NCBI GenBank assembly: GCA_964629685.1
Contig: CAZVTT010000001.1
Location: forward strand, 449,319 to 513,318
Direction of reading: 5' to 3'
Origin: an uncultured Gammaproteobacteria bacterium
Lineage (GTDB): Bacteria; Patescibacteriota; Microgenomatia; UBA10105; UBA927
DNA: 64,000 nucleotides
Part shown: positions 38,480 to 48,194 of the stretch, in pieces
How the letters are laid out: every line of letters starts with the position of its first letter
Position numbering within the stretch: the first letter of the stretch is position 1
The notes under the pieces: model-generated
Databases searched by the model: none
What the model was told of the DNA's origin: nothing
What the model saw: only the letters and a program-made list of their open reading frames with translations
Made by a program: the position numbers and the translations under genes

Positions 38480-39559
38480 TTATTGTGTCGGAGTAGTACT
38501 GCTTTCTACCCATTCAGACGCAATTGCCGGTACGTACGCCATAAAACCGTTATCACCTTCAAATACAAATATTGGCTGTAGATAGTTCTGAGGTTCGTAG
38601 CTGTCATAGTACCCCAGACTTACTTGTCGGATGGTGGCAGTAGTTGCTCCGGTATTCGGGTATCTGGCAATATAGCCTCCGCCACTTTGGAGTTCCTGCC
38701 ATGCCTGCATGCTTGTTTTAAGGCTATATGTGGCATATTCCTGATAATCTACCGGCCAGTAGGTGTATACGAACTCCAATAGCCGTTTTTTTGAATTACG
38801 TGAGCCGGAATAGATCATGTTTATCTGGCCTTCATCCGGGTATGGTGTATACACGTTCATACCGGCGATTCCGCGACGGAAAAAATCTACCCGCACCCCG
38901 TCTGCCTGTGAAAGACTGGTAGTAGGCACCAACGTATCGCTGACTAAGCGCAGAAAGGTGACTTTGCTTCTTCCTCGGGCGAAATCATCCTTATACAGCC
39001 GAAGTGTGGTAAGTTGCTCCGTTGAGCGGACTATTGCTTCCCGTTCATTCATAATCTCTTTTTCGTTAAACAAGCCTGTATCCTGTTCGAAGTTGTATTT
39101 CAGAATAAAATTATTTGAAATAATGTCGTAGCGAAGGTTCCGGAGTTTCGTGGTACCGTCTTCGAATCGATAAAGGTTCTTCGTTTCCTGGATAGGATTA
39201 GGGTTCAGCTCAAGTTGAGATGCAAATTGTTGCGTATTTGTTAACCCCAACAAGTTTGCGGCTGCTTTCGGCATGAAGAATACATATGCGGATTCGGATG
39301 CCCGTGGCACGGATCCGGATATCGTTTCCAATTGAAACGTTAATTGACCCGTCGGAGGTGTTTTCGGTTGGGGAAATTTGAGTGCGGAAAGTTTTCCGAA
39401 CCGATGGTTTGGTGGCGGCGGTTTTGGTGGAAAGAAATAGAGCCAGAGAGCAACGAATACGCTCCAGAATAAACGGAGAATAAGGTAAAGAATAACTGCG
39501 AGAATGGCCCAGTTAATGCTTTTTCTTGTATAGTAGGCAGTTTCGGTTAAAGAGGCCAT
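38480..39559 (-). CDS. Hypothetical membrane-anchored extracytoplasmic protein
   Basis: Start at the ATG (MASLTE) with AAAGGGGA RBS. One N-terminal TM, proline-rich stretch PPKPPPPNHRF. The longer track ORF would overlap gltX. Confidence 0.5.
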   Translation of the reverse strand: MASLTETAYYTRKSINWAILAVILYLILRLFWSVFVALWLYFFPPKPPPPNHRFGKLSALKFPQPKTPPTGQLTFQLETISGSVPRASESAYVFFMPKAAANLLGLTNTQQFASQLELNPNPIQETKNLYRFEDGTTKLRNLRYDIISNNFILKYNFEQDTGLFNEKEIMNEREAIVRSTEQLTTLRLYKDDFARGRSKVTFLRLVSDTLVPTTSLSQADGVRVDFFRRGIAGMNVYTPYPDEGQINMIYSGSRNSKKRLLEFVYTYWPVDYQEYATYSLKTSMQAWQELQSGGGYIARYPNTGATTATIRQVSLGYYDSYEPQNYLQPIFVFEGDNGFMAYVPAIASEWVESSTTPTQ

Positions 39560-39610
39560 AGCACATCGTCCCCTTTGAGTATAAAGTCCGGAGGTGCTAG
39601 AATCAATCCC

Positions 39611-41008
39611 ATGAAGACGGTCAGGACGCGCATTGCGCCTTCTCCAACAGGAGATGATTTTCACATCGGAAATGCGTATACAGCGCTTATAAATTATGTA
39701 TTTGCCAGAAAAAACGGCGGTAAATTTATAATCCGGATAGAGGATACTGACAGAACCAGATTGGTAGAAGGTGCAGAAAAGCGTATATTAGCCTCATTAT
39801 CCTGGCTAGGTATACCTCATGACGAAGGTCCGGATAAAGATGGACCATTTACCCCCTACAGACAGTCGGAGCGCTTACCGATCTACAGAAAATATGCGGA
39901 AGAACTAGTTTCGAAGGGGCATGCGTATTATTGTTTTTGTACCTCGGAGCGCTTAGATACCATGCGTAAAGATCAGGAAGCACGGCATCTTCCTCCCATG
40001 TACGATGGCACGTGTAAGCATTTAAATCCGGAAGAAGCTAAAAAACAGGCAGCATCGGGTACTCCGCATGTAATCCGGCTAAATGTACCTGACGATGGCA
40101 TGACAGTATTTCAGGATATTGTCCGGGGAGAGATTTCTTTTGAAAACAAATTGATAGATGATCAGGTTCTGATTAAGTCGGATAATTTCCCCACATACCA
40201 TCTGGGAGTGGTTGTAGACGATCACTTGATGGGAATTTCCCACATAATCCGGGGTGAAGAGTGGATTTCTTCGACACCTAAGCATGTGTTGCTTTATGAT
40301 TTTTTCGGCTGGGAGATGCCTCAATTGGCGCACATGCCCGTATTGCGTAATCCGGATAAGAGTAAACTAAGTAAGCGCAAAAACCCAGTGTGGGTTTCCT
40401 GGTTCAGACAACAAGGGATATTACCAGAAGCAATCAGAAATTATTTAGGGACACTCGCCTGGACGTACCCGGGAAAAGAAATATTCAGCCTAGAAGAAAT
40501 GATTGCCCAGTTTGATCTTGCTCATATTCAGACAACGGCTCCGATTTTTAACATGGAAAAATTGCGCTGGATGAACGGTGAATATCTGCGGCTAAAAAGT
40601 GAGAATGAACTTTATGCACTACTATCCGATTTTTTGGGAAATAAAATGAAGCCGGAATGGCAGGAGAAATTGCCTTTGATTCTGCCACTAATTCATGAAC
40701 GGATGAAAACGTTAGCAGAATTTGAGTCGCTGGCGTGGTTTTTCTTTGTTAAGCCCACGGAATTTGAACGGCCGCTTCGGGCAGATATCGTGTCATTGCT
40801 GAAATCTACACTTACGTCCGTTCACTGGACTCATGACGAGATGGAACAAGCGATCAGAAAGACAGCAGATGAGCATTCGTTAAAACCAAAAGACATTTTT
40901 ATGGAGCTTCGAATAGCTATAACCGGTAAAACTGTCGGACCGCCTCTTTTGGAATCCCTGGAAGTATTAGGACAGCCGGAAACACTGGCGCGATTGCATG
41001 TGGAGTAA
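39611..41008 (+). CDS. gltX: Glutamyl-tRNA synthetase
   Basis: RIAPSPTGDDFHIGNAYTA (HIGH region) and KLSKRK (KMSKS). Start at the ATG at 39611 matches canonical GluRS N-termini; the track start at 39575 is a TTG. Confidence 0.85.
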   Translation: MKTVRTRIAPSPTGDDFHIGNAYTALINYVFARKNGGKFIIRIEDTDRTRLVEGAEKRILASLSWLGIPHDEGPDKDGPFTPYRQSERLPIYRKYAEELVSKGHAYYCFCTSERLDTMRKDQEARHLPPMYDGTCKHLNPEEAKKQAASGTPHVIRLNVPDDGMTVFQDIVRGEISFENKLIDDQVLIKSDNFPTYHLGVVVDDHLMGISHIIRGEEWISSTPKHVLLYDFFGWEMPQLAHMPVLRNPDKSKLSKRKNPVWVSWFRQQGILPEAIRNYLGTLAWTYPGKEIFSLEEMIAQFDLAHIQTTAPIFNMEKLRWMNGEYLRLKSENELYALLSDFLGNKMKPEWQEKLPLILPLIHERMKTLAEFESLAWFFFVKPTEFERPLRADIVSLLKSTLTSVHWTHDEMEQAIRKTADEHSLKPKDIFMELRIAITGKTVGPPLLESLEVLGQPETLARLHVE

Positions 41009-41021
41009 ATGCCTTATCTTT

Positions 41022-41396
41022 TTATTTGTGCTTCTCCAGAAATTTTTCCAAGGCGTTCAATGTTTCGTTGCTTAAGTGATGTTCGAGGCCGTCAATGTCT
41101 TTCTCCATTACCGAAGCAGATACTCCCAATAATGTAAAAAAGTCTATCAGAATTTCATGTCGCTTGCGGATGCTTACTGCAATTTTTTTACCCTGAGGTG
41201 TAAGCGTAAATCCACGATAAGGCTCACGAATCAGATATCCGGCTGTTTCCAATCTTTGCAGCATTCTGGTAACGGAGGCAGGTCTGACGGATAACCGTTC
41301 GGATATATCGCTTACTCTGGCGTATCCTTTCTCCTGAACCAGTTCTAACGTTCGTTCCAGGTAATCTTCGTTTGGTACCGATGGTGTTTCTGACAT
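41022..41396 (-). CDS. DtxR/MntR family metal-dependent transcriptional regulator
   Basis: wHTH plus dimerisation helix pattern (YLERTLELVQEKGYARVSDISERLSVRPASVTRMLQRL). Start at the internal ATG avoids overlap with mntH. Confidence 0.8.
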   Translation of the reverse strand: MSETPSVPNEDYLERTLELVQEKGYARVSDISERLSVRPASVTRMLQRLETAGYLIREPYRGFTLTPQGKKIAVSIRKRHEILIDFFTLLGVSASVMEKDIDGLEHHLSNETLNALEKFLEKHK

Positions 41397-41404
41397 AAGG
41401 CGTA

Positions 41405-42748
41405 TTATACCCCGCGTATGGTTGCGACCAACAGCCAAGTGTTTAATGCTGCAATTATGGTAGCAATGGTAAATGCCAGGTATTTCAGCGGGTTGCTGTT
41501 TACAAACGGGCCCATTTTATGTTTATCACTGGTAAACATTACCAGCGGGAACACGGCAAAGGATAATTGTAGGCTCAGTACTACCTGGCTGAGTATGAGT
41601 AATTGCGCCAGTCCGTGTGCTCCATATAACAGAATAACAATCATAGCCGGAATTATGGCTAAACTTCTGGTAATTATCCGACGTAACCACGGTTTTATAC
41701 GTAAATGTATAAAACCCTCCATAATTATTTGTCCGGCCAGTGTTCCGGTAATTGTAGAATTATGTCCGGATGCAAATAAGGCAAGTGCAAAAACGATACT
41801 GGCGACGGATGTACCTAATGTTGGCGCCAAAAGCTTATACGCGTCCTGGATTTCCGCTACTTCGCCTATACCCCGAAAATGAAATACGGAAGCGGAAAGA
41901 ATCAGAATGGCTGCGTTTACGAAAAACGCTAATATTAACGCGATAGTTGAATCTACTGTGGCAAAATGTATCGCTTGCTTTTTTGACGAAACCGCTGTAG
42001 ATATTTTTCTGGTTTGGACGATGGAAGAATGCAGATACAAATTATGTGGCATTACCGTGGCGCCCAGAATTCCTACGGCTATGTATAGCATCTCGGGATT
42101 GTAAATAAGTTCAACTGAAGGAAATAGTCCCTGAAAGACATCACTCCACGCAGGTTGTGATAACCATAACTCTATACCAAAACAGAGCATTATGATGCTT
42201 ATCAGCGATATTACCAGCGCTTCCAGGTAGCGAAAACCCTTGTGTTCTAGTAGCATCAAAATAAATACGTCCAGAACGGTTACGATAACGCCGATTGGTA
42301 GCGGAAGGTTAAAAAGTAAGTTAAGCGCTATTGCAGATCCGATAACTTCAGCTAAATCGCAAGCCGTAATTGCAATTTCTGCCAGAATCCAGAGAATAAA
42401 ACTGATTGGTTTGGAATAGTGATCTCTACTTGCTTGGGCTAAATCACGACCTGTGACTATTCCTAACTTTAAGGAAAGATGTTGAAGTACTATGGCCATC
42501 AGGTTTGAAAGGAAAATGACAAAGAGCAAAGTGTAGCCGAATTTAGATCCCCCGGCAAGATCGGTTGCCCAGTTACCGGGATCCATGTACCCAACTGCTA
42601 CTAAGAATCCAGGGCCGCTAAATGCCAGTAGTTTTTTCCACCAGGAAAAATGATGTGGTACGGGTATACTTCCATGTACCTCTTCCAGACTTTTACCAAG
42701 TTGTTCATGTCTCCACCCTGAGGATATAAAGTCAATTTCATTCTGCAT
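41405..42748 (-). CDS. mntH: NRAMP family divalent metal (Mn2+/Fe2+) transporter
   Basis: GPGFLVAVGYMDPGNWATDLAGG signature, 11 TM. Confidence 0.9.
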   Translation of the reverse strand: MQNEIDFISSGWRHEQLGKSLEEVHGSIPVPHHFSWWKKLLAFSGPGFLVAVGYMDPGNWATDLAGGSKFGYTLLFVIFLSNLMAIVLQHLSLKLGIVTGRDLAQASRDHYSKPISFILWILAEIAITACDLAEVIGSAIALNLLFNLPLPIGVIVTVLDVFILMLLEHKGFRYLEALVISLISIIMLCFGIELWLSQPAWSDVFQGLFPSVELIYNPEMLYIAVGILGATVMPHNLYLHSSIVQTRKISTAVSSKKQAIHFATVDSTIALILAFFVNAAILILSASVFHFRGIGEVAEIQDAYKLLAPTLGTSVASIVFALALFASGHNSTITGTLAGQIIMEGFIHLRIKPWLRRIITRSLAIIPAMIVILLYGAHGLAQLLILSQVVLSLQLSFAVFPLVMFTSDKHKMGPFVNSNPLKYLAFTIATIIAALNTWLLVATIRGV

Positions 42749-42756
42749 ACAAAAAT

Positions 42757-42784
42757 ATTATATAGTGTAAAAAAAGTTAGTCAA
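42757..42784 (-). promoter_or_regulatory. Sigma70-type promoter for mntH-dtxR, with possible overlapping metalloregulator operator
   Basis: Minus strand reads TTGACT, 16-nt spacer, TATAAT ending about 9 nt before the ATG, implying a leaderless or very short leader. TAGCGTTGACTAAC partly resembles a DtxR-type palindrome. Confidence 0.5.
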
Positions 42785-42816
42785 CGCTAAAATACAGTGA
42801 AAAAAAATGGTTCTGA

Positions 42817-43677
42817 TTACGTATACTCTATCCAATGAGGATCGGTTTCCACGCTTAATTCTACATATACCTTTTTATTCGTTGCTGTCTCCATTTCTTT
42901 TCTGCTGGCCATGCTGATTTCTTTTATCATGGAGCCTTTAGCACCGATAATCATGGCTTTATACCGATCATCACCGGTAAGAATCCTGGCTTTAATATAA
43001 AGTGAACCTTTTTCCCGTTCAGCGATTTCGTCAACCATAACCGTCAGCATATACGGTAGTTCAGCTCGGAGGAACAGAAATGCTTTTTCTCTGATTATTT
43101 CGGATACGAATGTTTTACTATCCAAATTTAAACCTGGCTGTACTAATGTGGTGGTATCTATAAACGATTCCTGCTCCGGTAAATGGGAGAATATGGCTTC
43201 CGTTAGCAGATTTAGATTATGACGTTTCAATGCGGAAACATGAATAACATCATCAAACTCTTCTTCCATGAATTTATACTGAACTATATGCGAGGGGTGC
43301 TTAATATCCGATTTGTTAATGACTAATATTTTAGGTGCCTTAATGCTACGTACTATACCTAATGCTTTATTTTCTTCAAAACTTCGTTCTCTCGTATGGT
43401 CTACAACATAGCACACGACATCTATCCCCTGAGCAATGGCTTCGGTTGTGCGGGGAGTAATTCGCTTTGCCATTTCGTCTTCATTTTTTGCAAATATTCC
43501 GGGAGTGTCTATAAACAGAATTTGTCCCCGGTCATCCTGGTACACGGCCTGAATTGCAAACCTAGTGGTTTGGGGTTTGGGTGAGGTAATGGTTACTTTA
43601 TGGCCCACGATAGCATTAACAAGTGTAGACTTGCCAGCGTTTGGACGGCCAATTAAACAGACGACTCCGGCTTTCAT
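42817..43677 (-). CDS. era: GTPase Era
   Basis: G1 GRPNAGKST, G3 DTPG, G4 NKSD, C-terminal KH domain. Confidence 0.9.
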   Translation of the reverse strand: MKAGVVCLIGRPNAGKSTLVNAIVGHKVTITSPKPQTTRFAIQAVYQDDRGQILFIDTPGIFAKNEDEMAKRITPRTTEAIAQGIDVVCYVVDHTRERSFEENKALGIVRSIKAPKILVINKSDIKHPSHIVQYKFMEEEFDDVIHVSALKRHNLNLLTEAIFSHLPEQESFIDTTTLVQPGLNLDSKTFVSEIIREKAFLFLRAELPYMLTVMVDEIAEREKGSLYIKARILTGDDRYKAMIIGAKGSMIKEISMASRKEMETATNKKVYVELSVETDPHWIEYT

Positions 43678-43847
43678 ACGCGTATTGTACTATACTTAGC
43701 CTATTCTATGAACCTAAAGTTAATTTTTGAGCCTAAACTGAATCACTCCGCAGTAAACTATTGGTGGATATGAAGAATACGATATGATAGATGTATATAA
43801 TTTGTAGTTGAGAGTGTGGGGTGTGTTAAGAAGGAAAGGATGGCTGC

Positions 43848-44309
43848 ATGAAGGGAAACACCAAAGTTGTTATTCTGGCCGTAGGGTTATTGTTGATAGC
43901 TGTGGGTTGGTTTGTAAGAAATGGATTGGTGTCTTCCGGTCGCGCCGGAAATACTACAGTCTCTCTAACGGATTCTGAAAATAATAAGGCGCAATCTGTT
44001 ATCCCTACGTCCATAGCGAAAGAAGTAACAACAAATGCACCGATACCTAACGTTACTGTCCCATTGCTGGTAAGTGCGCCTGTGGAAGGGTTGACTGTTA
44101 AATCTGCAACGACAGTCGTGAAAGGTAAAACTGCCAAAGGAATAGATGTATTTGTAAACGATACTGAAGTTCGTTCTGATGGAAACGGCAATTTTAGTGC
44201 AACGGTTTCTTTAGATGAAGGGGAAAACACTATTATCGTGGTGGTTACGGATAACGAAGGGAATGTAGCAGAAGAAACGGTAACGGTTATATACGATTCC
44301 GGAAATTAA
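43848..44309 (+). CDS. Secreted protein with bacterial Ig-like beta-sandwich domain
   Basis: Signal/anchor MKGNTKVVILAVGLLLIAVGW; GNGNFSATVSLDEGENTIIVVVTDNEGN pattern. Overlapping minus ORF rejected. Confidence 0.5.
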   Translation: MKGNTKVVILAVGLLLIAVGWFVRNGLVSSGRAGNTTVSLTDSENNKAQSVIPTSIAKEVTTNAPIPNVTVPLLVSAPVEGLTVKSATTVVKGKTAKGIDVFVNDTEVRSDGNGNFSATVSLDEGENTIIVVVTDNEGNVAEETVTVIYDSGN

Positions 44310-44358
44310 TATATCGGAGTATGGTAAATATTCCGACTATCCTAAGAAGGAGGAAAAT

Positions 44359-45063
44359 ATGTATTTGTTAATACGCGGTATTACGTTTGCTGCTGTTTTG
44401 TATTTTGCCGTGACGTTCGTACAACCGGTAAAGGCTACAATTTCGGATATCCGTTCGGAAACAAAGCAGATAAAAGAAGAACGCGTAGAAGCACGCAAGG
44501 AGTTCCGTCAGGAAATACAGACTAGTGTGGATGAAAGAAAATCTTCGATATCATCTGCACTATCTAAACGAGTGCTGCTGAGTTCAGCTACACTTACAGC
44601 CAAAAGTGGGGATACTTTTACGGTAACCAAAGACAGTAAGAGTTATTCTGTGTTAACAAATTCAGAGACACAATTACGGCGAAGATTTTGGGGAAAAGCC
44701 ACACTCGACGAAATGCAGGTAGGCGATAGTGTAAATATTATCGGAGTCTGGACAGATGATACCAAAACTACTATTCAAGCCCGATTAGTACGCGATATAT
44801 CCATACAAAAACGTTTTGGCATATTTGTTGGTGTTATAAAATCGATGAGCGGGAATACGTTCATTCTGGAAGCAGTGCAACGTGGGCCCCAGACGGTTAC
44901 AGTCGATAGTGCAACGAAAATAACAAATCGTAACGGTCAAACAATACCGCAGTCTGATTTGACAGTAGGGCATAGGGTTCGCGTTCGCGGTATGTGGAAC
45001 AATGCCAATTCAACAATTACGGAAGTTGTCGGAATTAAGGATTACAGTCTTCCGGTTAAATAG
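44359..45063 (+). CDS. Hypothetical secreted protein with two internal repeats
   Basis: N-terminal TM; two about 60 aa segments share the pattern T.T..S.T.I..........L..G..V.V.G.W. Confidence 0.5.
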   Translation: MYLLIRGITFAAVLYFAVTFVQPVKATISDIRSETKQIKEERVEARKEFRQEIQTSVDERKSSISSALSKRVLLSSATLTAKSGDTFTVTKDSKSYSVLTNSETQLRRRFWGKATLDEMQVGDSVNIIGVWTDDTKTTIQARLVRDISIQKRFGIFVGVIKSMSGNTFILEAVQRGPQTVTVDSATKITNRNGQTIPQSDLTVGHRVRVRGMWNNANSTITEVVGIKDYSLPVK

Positions 45064-45184
45064 TTAGCAGTTTAAGCTCTCTGGTGCTAAGTAGAGGTTT
45101 TGCTTACTAGTACCTGCTCCCGCATGGGGATTCTTTAAGTTTTTTTGTTGTCAAAATGTGTTTTATTGATGATAAACTAATGCA

Positions 45185-46009
45185 ATGAAACTATCGGAAG
45201 GTCAGATCCGCTCCTTTCAGGTATTTATCCTGGATTGGTGGGCAAAAAATAAGCGTGATTTGCCATGGCGTAAGACCAGGAACCCGTACAAAATACTGGT
45301 GTCGGAAATGATGCTCCAGCAGACACAGGTAAGTCGGGTGCTTCCAACCTATGTCGCTTTTCTTTTACGATTCCCTGACGTGAATGCCCTTGCGGGAGCA
45401 AGTACGGCAGATGTCCTGAAAGCCTGGAAAGGTATGGGGTATAATCGTCGGGCTCTGTACTTGCAGCGTACGGCCTATACGGTGGTGCAGGAGCACGGAG
45501 GAGTATTCCCCCGGAATGAACAATTACTGCGTAAGTTACCAGGTTTGGGTAAATATACTGTTCGAGCAATTATGGTGTTCGCATATGAGGAAAATGTTTC
45601 CGTTATAGATACAAACGTGCGGAAAATTTTAGAATATTATTTTTTCTCCGGGAGCAAGCCGGAGCAGCAGGTGTTGGAGGCAGTAGCAGATCAGTTAGTA
45701 CCACCGGGAAATTCCTGGAATTGGCATCAGGCACTCATGGATTATGGCGCGTTAGAAATGTCTAAGCTCGTGCCACGCATCCGTACAGGAGCAGCAGCAA
45801 AAATTCCATTTAAAGAGACGGCCAGATTTTATCGCGGCAGGGTAGTAGATGTGTTGCGGGAACGATCAATAGAGCAATCACAATTAGTGCATGATTTTTC
45901 TGCTGAATATGGAAAATCATTGGAGTACATAGAGGATATTATTAACGGGTTAGCCCGAGATGGCTTACTATTCCGTGATACTGATGGTATAATCTCGTTA
46001 CCGAAATAG
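45185..46009 (+). CDS. HhH-GPD superfamily base-excision DNA glycosylase (Nth/MutY-like)
   Basis: HhH LLRKLPGLGKYTVRAIMVFA followed by Gly/Pro-Asp loop; C-terminal region lacks the usual 4-Cys cluster. Confidence 0.7.
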   Translation: MKLSEGQIRSFQVFILDWWAKNKRDLPWRKTRNPYKILVSEMMLQQTQVSRVLPTYVAFLLRFPDVNALAGASTADVLKAWKGMGYNRRALYLQRTAYTVVQEHGGVFPRNEQLLRKLPGLGKYTVRAIMVFAYEENVSVIDTNVRKILEYYFFSGSKPEQQVLEAVADQLVPPGNSWNWHQALMDYGALEMSKLVPRIRTGAAAKIPFKETARFYRGRVVDVLRERSIEQSQLVHDFSAEYGKSLEYIEDIINGLARDGLLFRDTDGIISLPK

Positions 46010-46026
46010 ACGGTAATTCTATCATT

Positions 46027-46097
46027 TGCGGGATCGTATAATGGTAGTACGCATCCCTCTGGAGGATGTTATCTAGGTTCGAGTCCTAGTCCCGCAG
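46027..46097 (+). tRNA. tRNA-Gln (anticodon CUG)
   Basis: Cloverleaf folds: acceptor UGCGGGA/UCCCGCA with U1-A pair and G discriminator (both typical of bacterial tRNA-Gln). Anticodon stem CAUCC/GGAUG with loop CUCUGGA. T-arm CUAGG-UUCGAGU-CCUAG. D-loop has the GG. CCA not encoded exactly (CCCA follows). Confidence 0.75.
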
Positions 46098-46131
46098 CCC
46101 ATCCTTCGCTAAAGCTACGGAGTGGCTGCCT

Positions 46132-46425
46132 ATGTACTACGCGTACATTTTGCTAAGTTCAAAATCGCATATCTTCTATTACGGATTTACCCAAGACTTG
46201 AAGAACAGATATAAAATGCACTCCGAAGGAAAGGTTCCCTCAACGAAACCTCATATTCCGTGGAAATTAGTATGGTATGGAGCCTTTGAGACGGAGAAAC
46301 AAGCAAGAGATTTTGAACTTTATCTAAAAAGTGGTGCGGGTAAAGCATTTGCTTATAAACGGTTAGTGTCCGTAGCTTTGGCAAAGGATTTGGTTGAAGG
46401 ACGAAAAAGTGTTCCGAAGCTTTAG
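46132..46425 (+). CDS. GIY-YIG nuclease superfamily small protein
   Basis: YYAYILLSSKSHIFYYGFTQDLKNRYKMH matches the GIY-(10)-YIG spacing; 97 aa. Confidence 0.75.
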   Translation: MYYAYILLSSKSHIFYYGFTQDLKNRYKMHSEGKVPSTKPHIPWKLVWYGAFETEKQARDFELYLKSGAGKAFAYKRLVSVALAKDLVEGRKSVPKL

Positions 46426-46435
46426 CGTAGGACAT

Positions 46436-46448
46436 CTAGTCCCGCAGC
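46436..46448 (+). repeat. Direct repeat of tRNA-Gln 3' end (att-like)
   Basis: CTAGTCCCGCAGC identical to 46086-46098 (T-stem 3' half plus acceptor 3' strand). Followed by a GGGAGACTTGGACCGCAGAACCTAAAC motif that recurs at 47268-47292. Confidence 0.6.
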
Positions 46449-46573
46449 TGAGTCAAAGTAAGTACAAAACAAGGACAGGGAGACTTGGACCGCAGAACCT
46501 AAACAATCTTCTTCAATAAATACGTTATAATTCTTCATAAAACATAGAATTCTCCGTGTAACGCCTTAACTAT

Positions 46574-47197
46574 ATGGATAAACGTCAATTTATTTTTTAT
46601 CATAAAATTATTTCCTCAAGACTAAATGCATTTTTGGATCAATGGGATTTTCTAAATGTAGTTCCCCAAGGGATTGTTAATGAATATTCGGATCTAATCG
46701 GACCAATATTAGAGGAGTTACAAGTAAATAATGAAAAAGAATCATTAATTAGATTTGTGAATTATATTGTGGAAAGTCGATACGGATGTAAACCAAGTCG
46801 TACTGAATCATTTGTGAAGAGCATCTTATTGTGGTGGGTACAACAAAATACTGAAGTAGATCAAAGAGACATGGCAAGTAAACATAAAGTTCCTTTTTCT
46901 CCGATCGCACCACTGTCTATTATTGGTTTATCAGATAATACGGATGGTCTCATGATTCCCATAAATGGATTACGTCATCCTTCAAAAGAAAATTCAAATG
47001 GCTGGTTTATTTGGTCAGGAGAAGAATTAAAAGAAGATAAGGATTTTTTCAAACCGACTCATGTCGTTCACTTAAACGAAAGATGTCCTCAAGTATTAAA
47101 GTATCTCTGCCTACCACCAGGCTACAGGTTTCTTATTGATAATAAAGGATATGAAGATGTTTGGTTTGATGAAAAATTGCTGCAGATATTGGAATAA
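46574..47197 (+). CDS. Hypothetical protein (207 aa), possible immunity-protein-like fold
   Basis: No confident family; C-terminal GWFIWSGEE...THVVHLNERCPQVLKYLCLPPGYRF segment; bounded by tRNA-end-like repeats. Confidence 0.5.
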   Translation: MDKRQFIFYHKIISSRLNAFLDQWDFLNVVPQGIVNEYSDLIGPILEELQVNNEKESLIRFVNYIVESRYGCKPSRTESFVKSILLWWVQQNTEVDQRDMASKHKVPFSPIAPLSIIGLSDNTDGLMIPINGLRHPSKENSNGWFIWSGEELKEDKDFFKPTHVVHLNERCPQVLKYLCLPPGYRFLIDNKGYEDVWFDEKLLQILE

Positions 47198-47317
47198 TTT
47201 GAGTTGTAATAGGTTATAACTTGGGACACGTAGCCCAGCTAACTTTGAGCGAGTACAATATTGAACAGGAAGACCTGGACTTAGAACCTAACTTCGATAT
47301 CCGCTATAATCCGTTGC

Positions 47318-47776
47318 ATGAAGTATGAAATCCCCAATTATAAAACGATAGAAATACATACCATTATTTTGGATTTGAATGGGACACTTAGTGTAGGTGG
47401 AGTGTTAGTTGAAGGTGTTAAAGAAAGAATTCTGGAGTTGAAAAACCGTTTCAATTTCTATTTATTTTCAGGTGATACTCGGGGAAATGGGCAATTGATT
47501 GCAGATGAATTGGGAATCAATTTTGTAAAGGCGGGAACAGGAGAAGAAAAAAAGGCGGAATTAATGAAACTTAATCCTAATACATGTGTTAGTATAGGAA
47601 ACGGTTTAATAGATCTTGAGATTACTAAACTAGCACAATTAGGGATTATTACACTTCAGTCCGAAGGAATACACACGCAAACTCTTCTTGCCGCAGATAT
47701 TGTAGTACCCACTGTTAACGATGCATTAGATTTATTTCTTGACGAAAGAAGATTAATTGCGACTTTACGTAAATAA
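47318..47776 (+). CDS. HAD-superfamily-like small protein (motif I D-x-N variant)
   Basis: ILDLNGTL (motif I with Asn replacing second Asp), LFSGDT, conserved Lys, GNGLID (motif IV-like). Confidence 0.5.
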   Translation: MKYEIPNYKTIEIHTIILDLNGTLSVGGVLVEGVKERILELKNRFNFYLFSGDTRGNGQLIADELGINFVKAGTGEEKKAELMKLNPNTCVSIGNGLIDLEITKLAQLGIITLQSEGIHTQTLLAADIVVPTVNDALDLFLDERRLIATLRK

Positions 47777-47847
47777 CCGAACGTATAATTTGGGACACCC
47801 AGGGTATCCGAATGTTGAAATAGGAAATACCGGGCTTTTTATGCCGT

Positions 47848-47882
47848 AAAAAAAACGAGGTATCACTTCTCATGATACCTCG
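47848..47882 (-). terminator. Rho-independent terminator for the arsR-yciI-like operon (minus orientation)
   Basis: Minus strand reads CGAGGTATCA-tgagaag-TGATACCTCG followed by TTTTTTTT. Confidence 0.6.
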
Positions 47883-47903
47883 TTTATGCGGGTAGATAAA
47901 ATA

Positions 47904-48194
47904 TTACATCGGCATTGCTTCATACACACGCACACTTGTGATTATTGGACATTTTTCAAGAAGTTTTTCGACTTCTTTCATACTTACCGCGTTAATGATC
48001 GTATATCCAACGGTAGCATTCATGTCCTGTGGCAAATCTTTATTTCCTGTTTTAGTTACTTCTATTCCTGGACCGAAAGGATTACCACTATCTACTACTC
48101 TGTTTCCAAGCACTTCAAACCACTTTTTCCATCCTTCCATAACTTCCGGGGTATATTCCCACATACCTACATATAAGAGCATAAATTTTTTCAT
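47904..48194 (-). CDS. Small alpha+beta barrel protein (YciI/Dabb-like), uncertain family
   Basis: 96 aa, 7 nt downstream of arsR on the same strand; pattern MLLYVGM...GNPFGPG...GYTIINAVSMKEVEKLLEKCP. Confidence 0.4.
   Translation of the reverse strand: MKKFMLLYVGMWEYTPEVMEGWKKWFEVLGNRVVDSGNPFGPGIEVTKTGNKDLPQDMNATVGYTIINAVSMKEVEKLLEKCPIITSVRVYEAMPM

Noticed and set aside
43826-44230. 134-aa minus-strand ORF
   Set aside because: Antisense to the plus-strand secreted Ig-like protein, which has a signal sequence and RBS.
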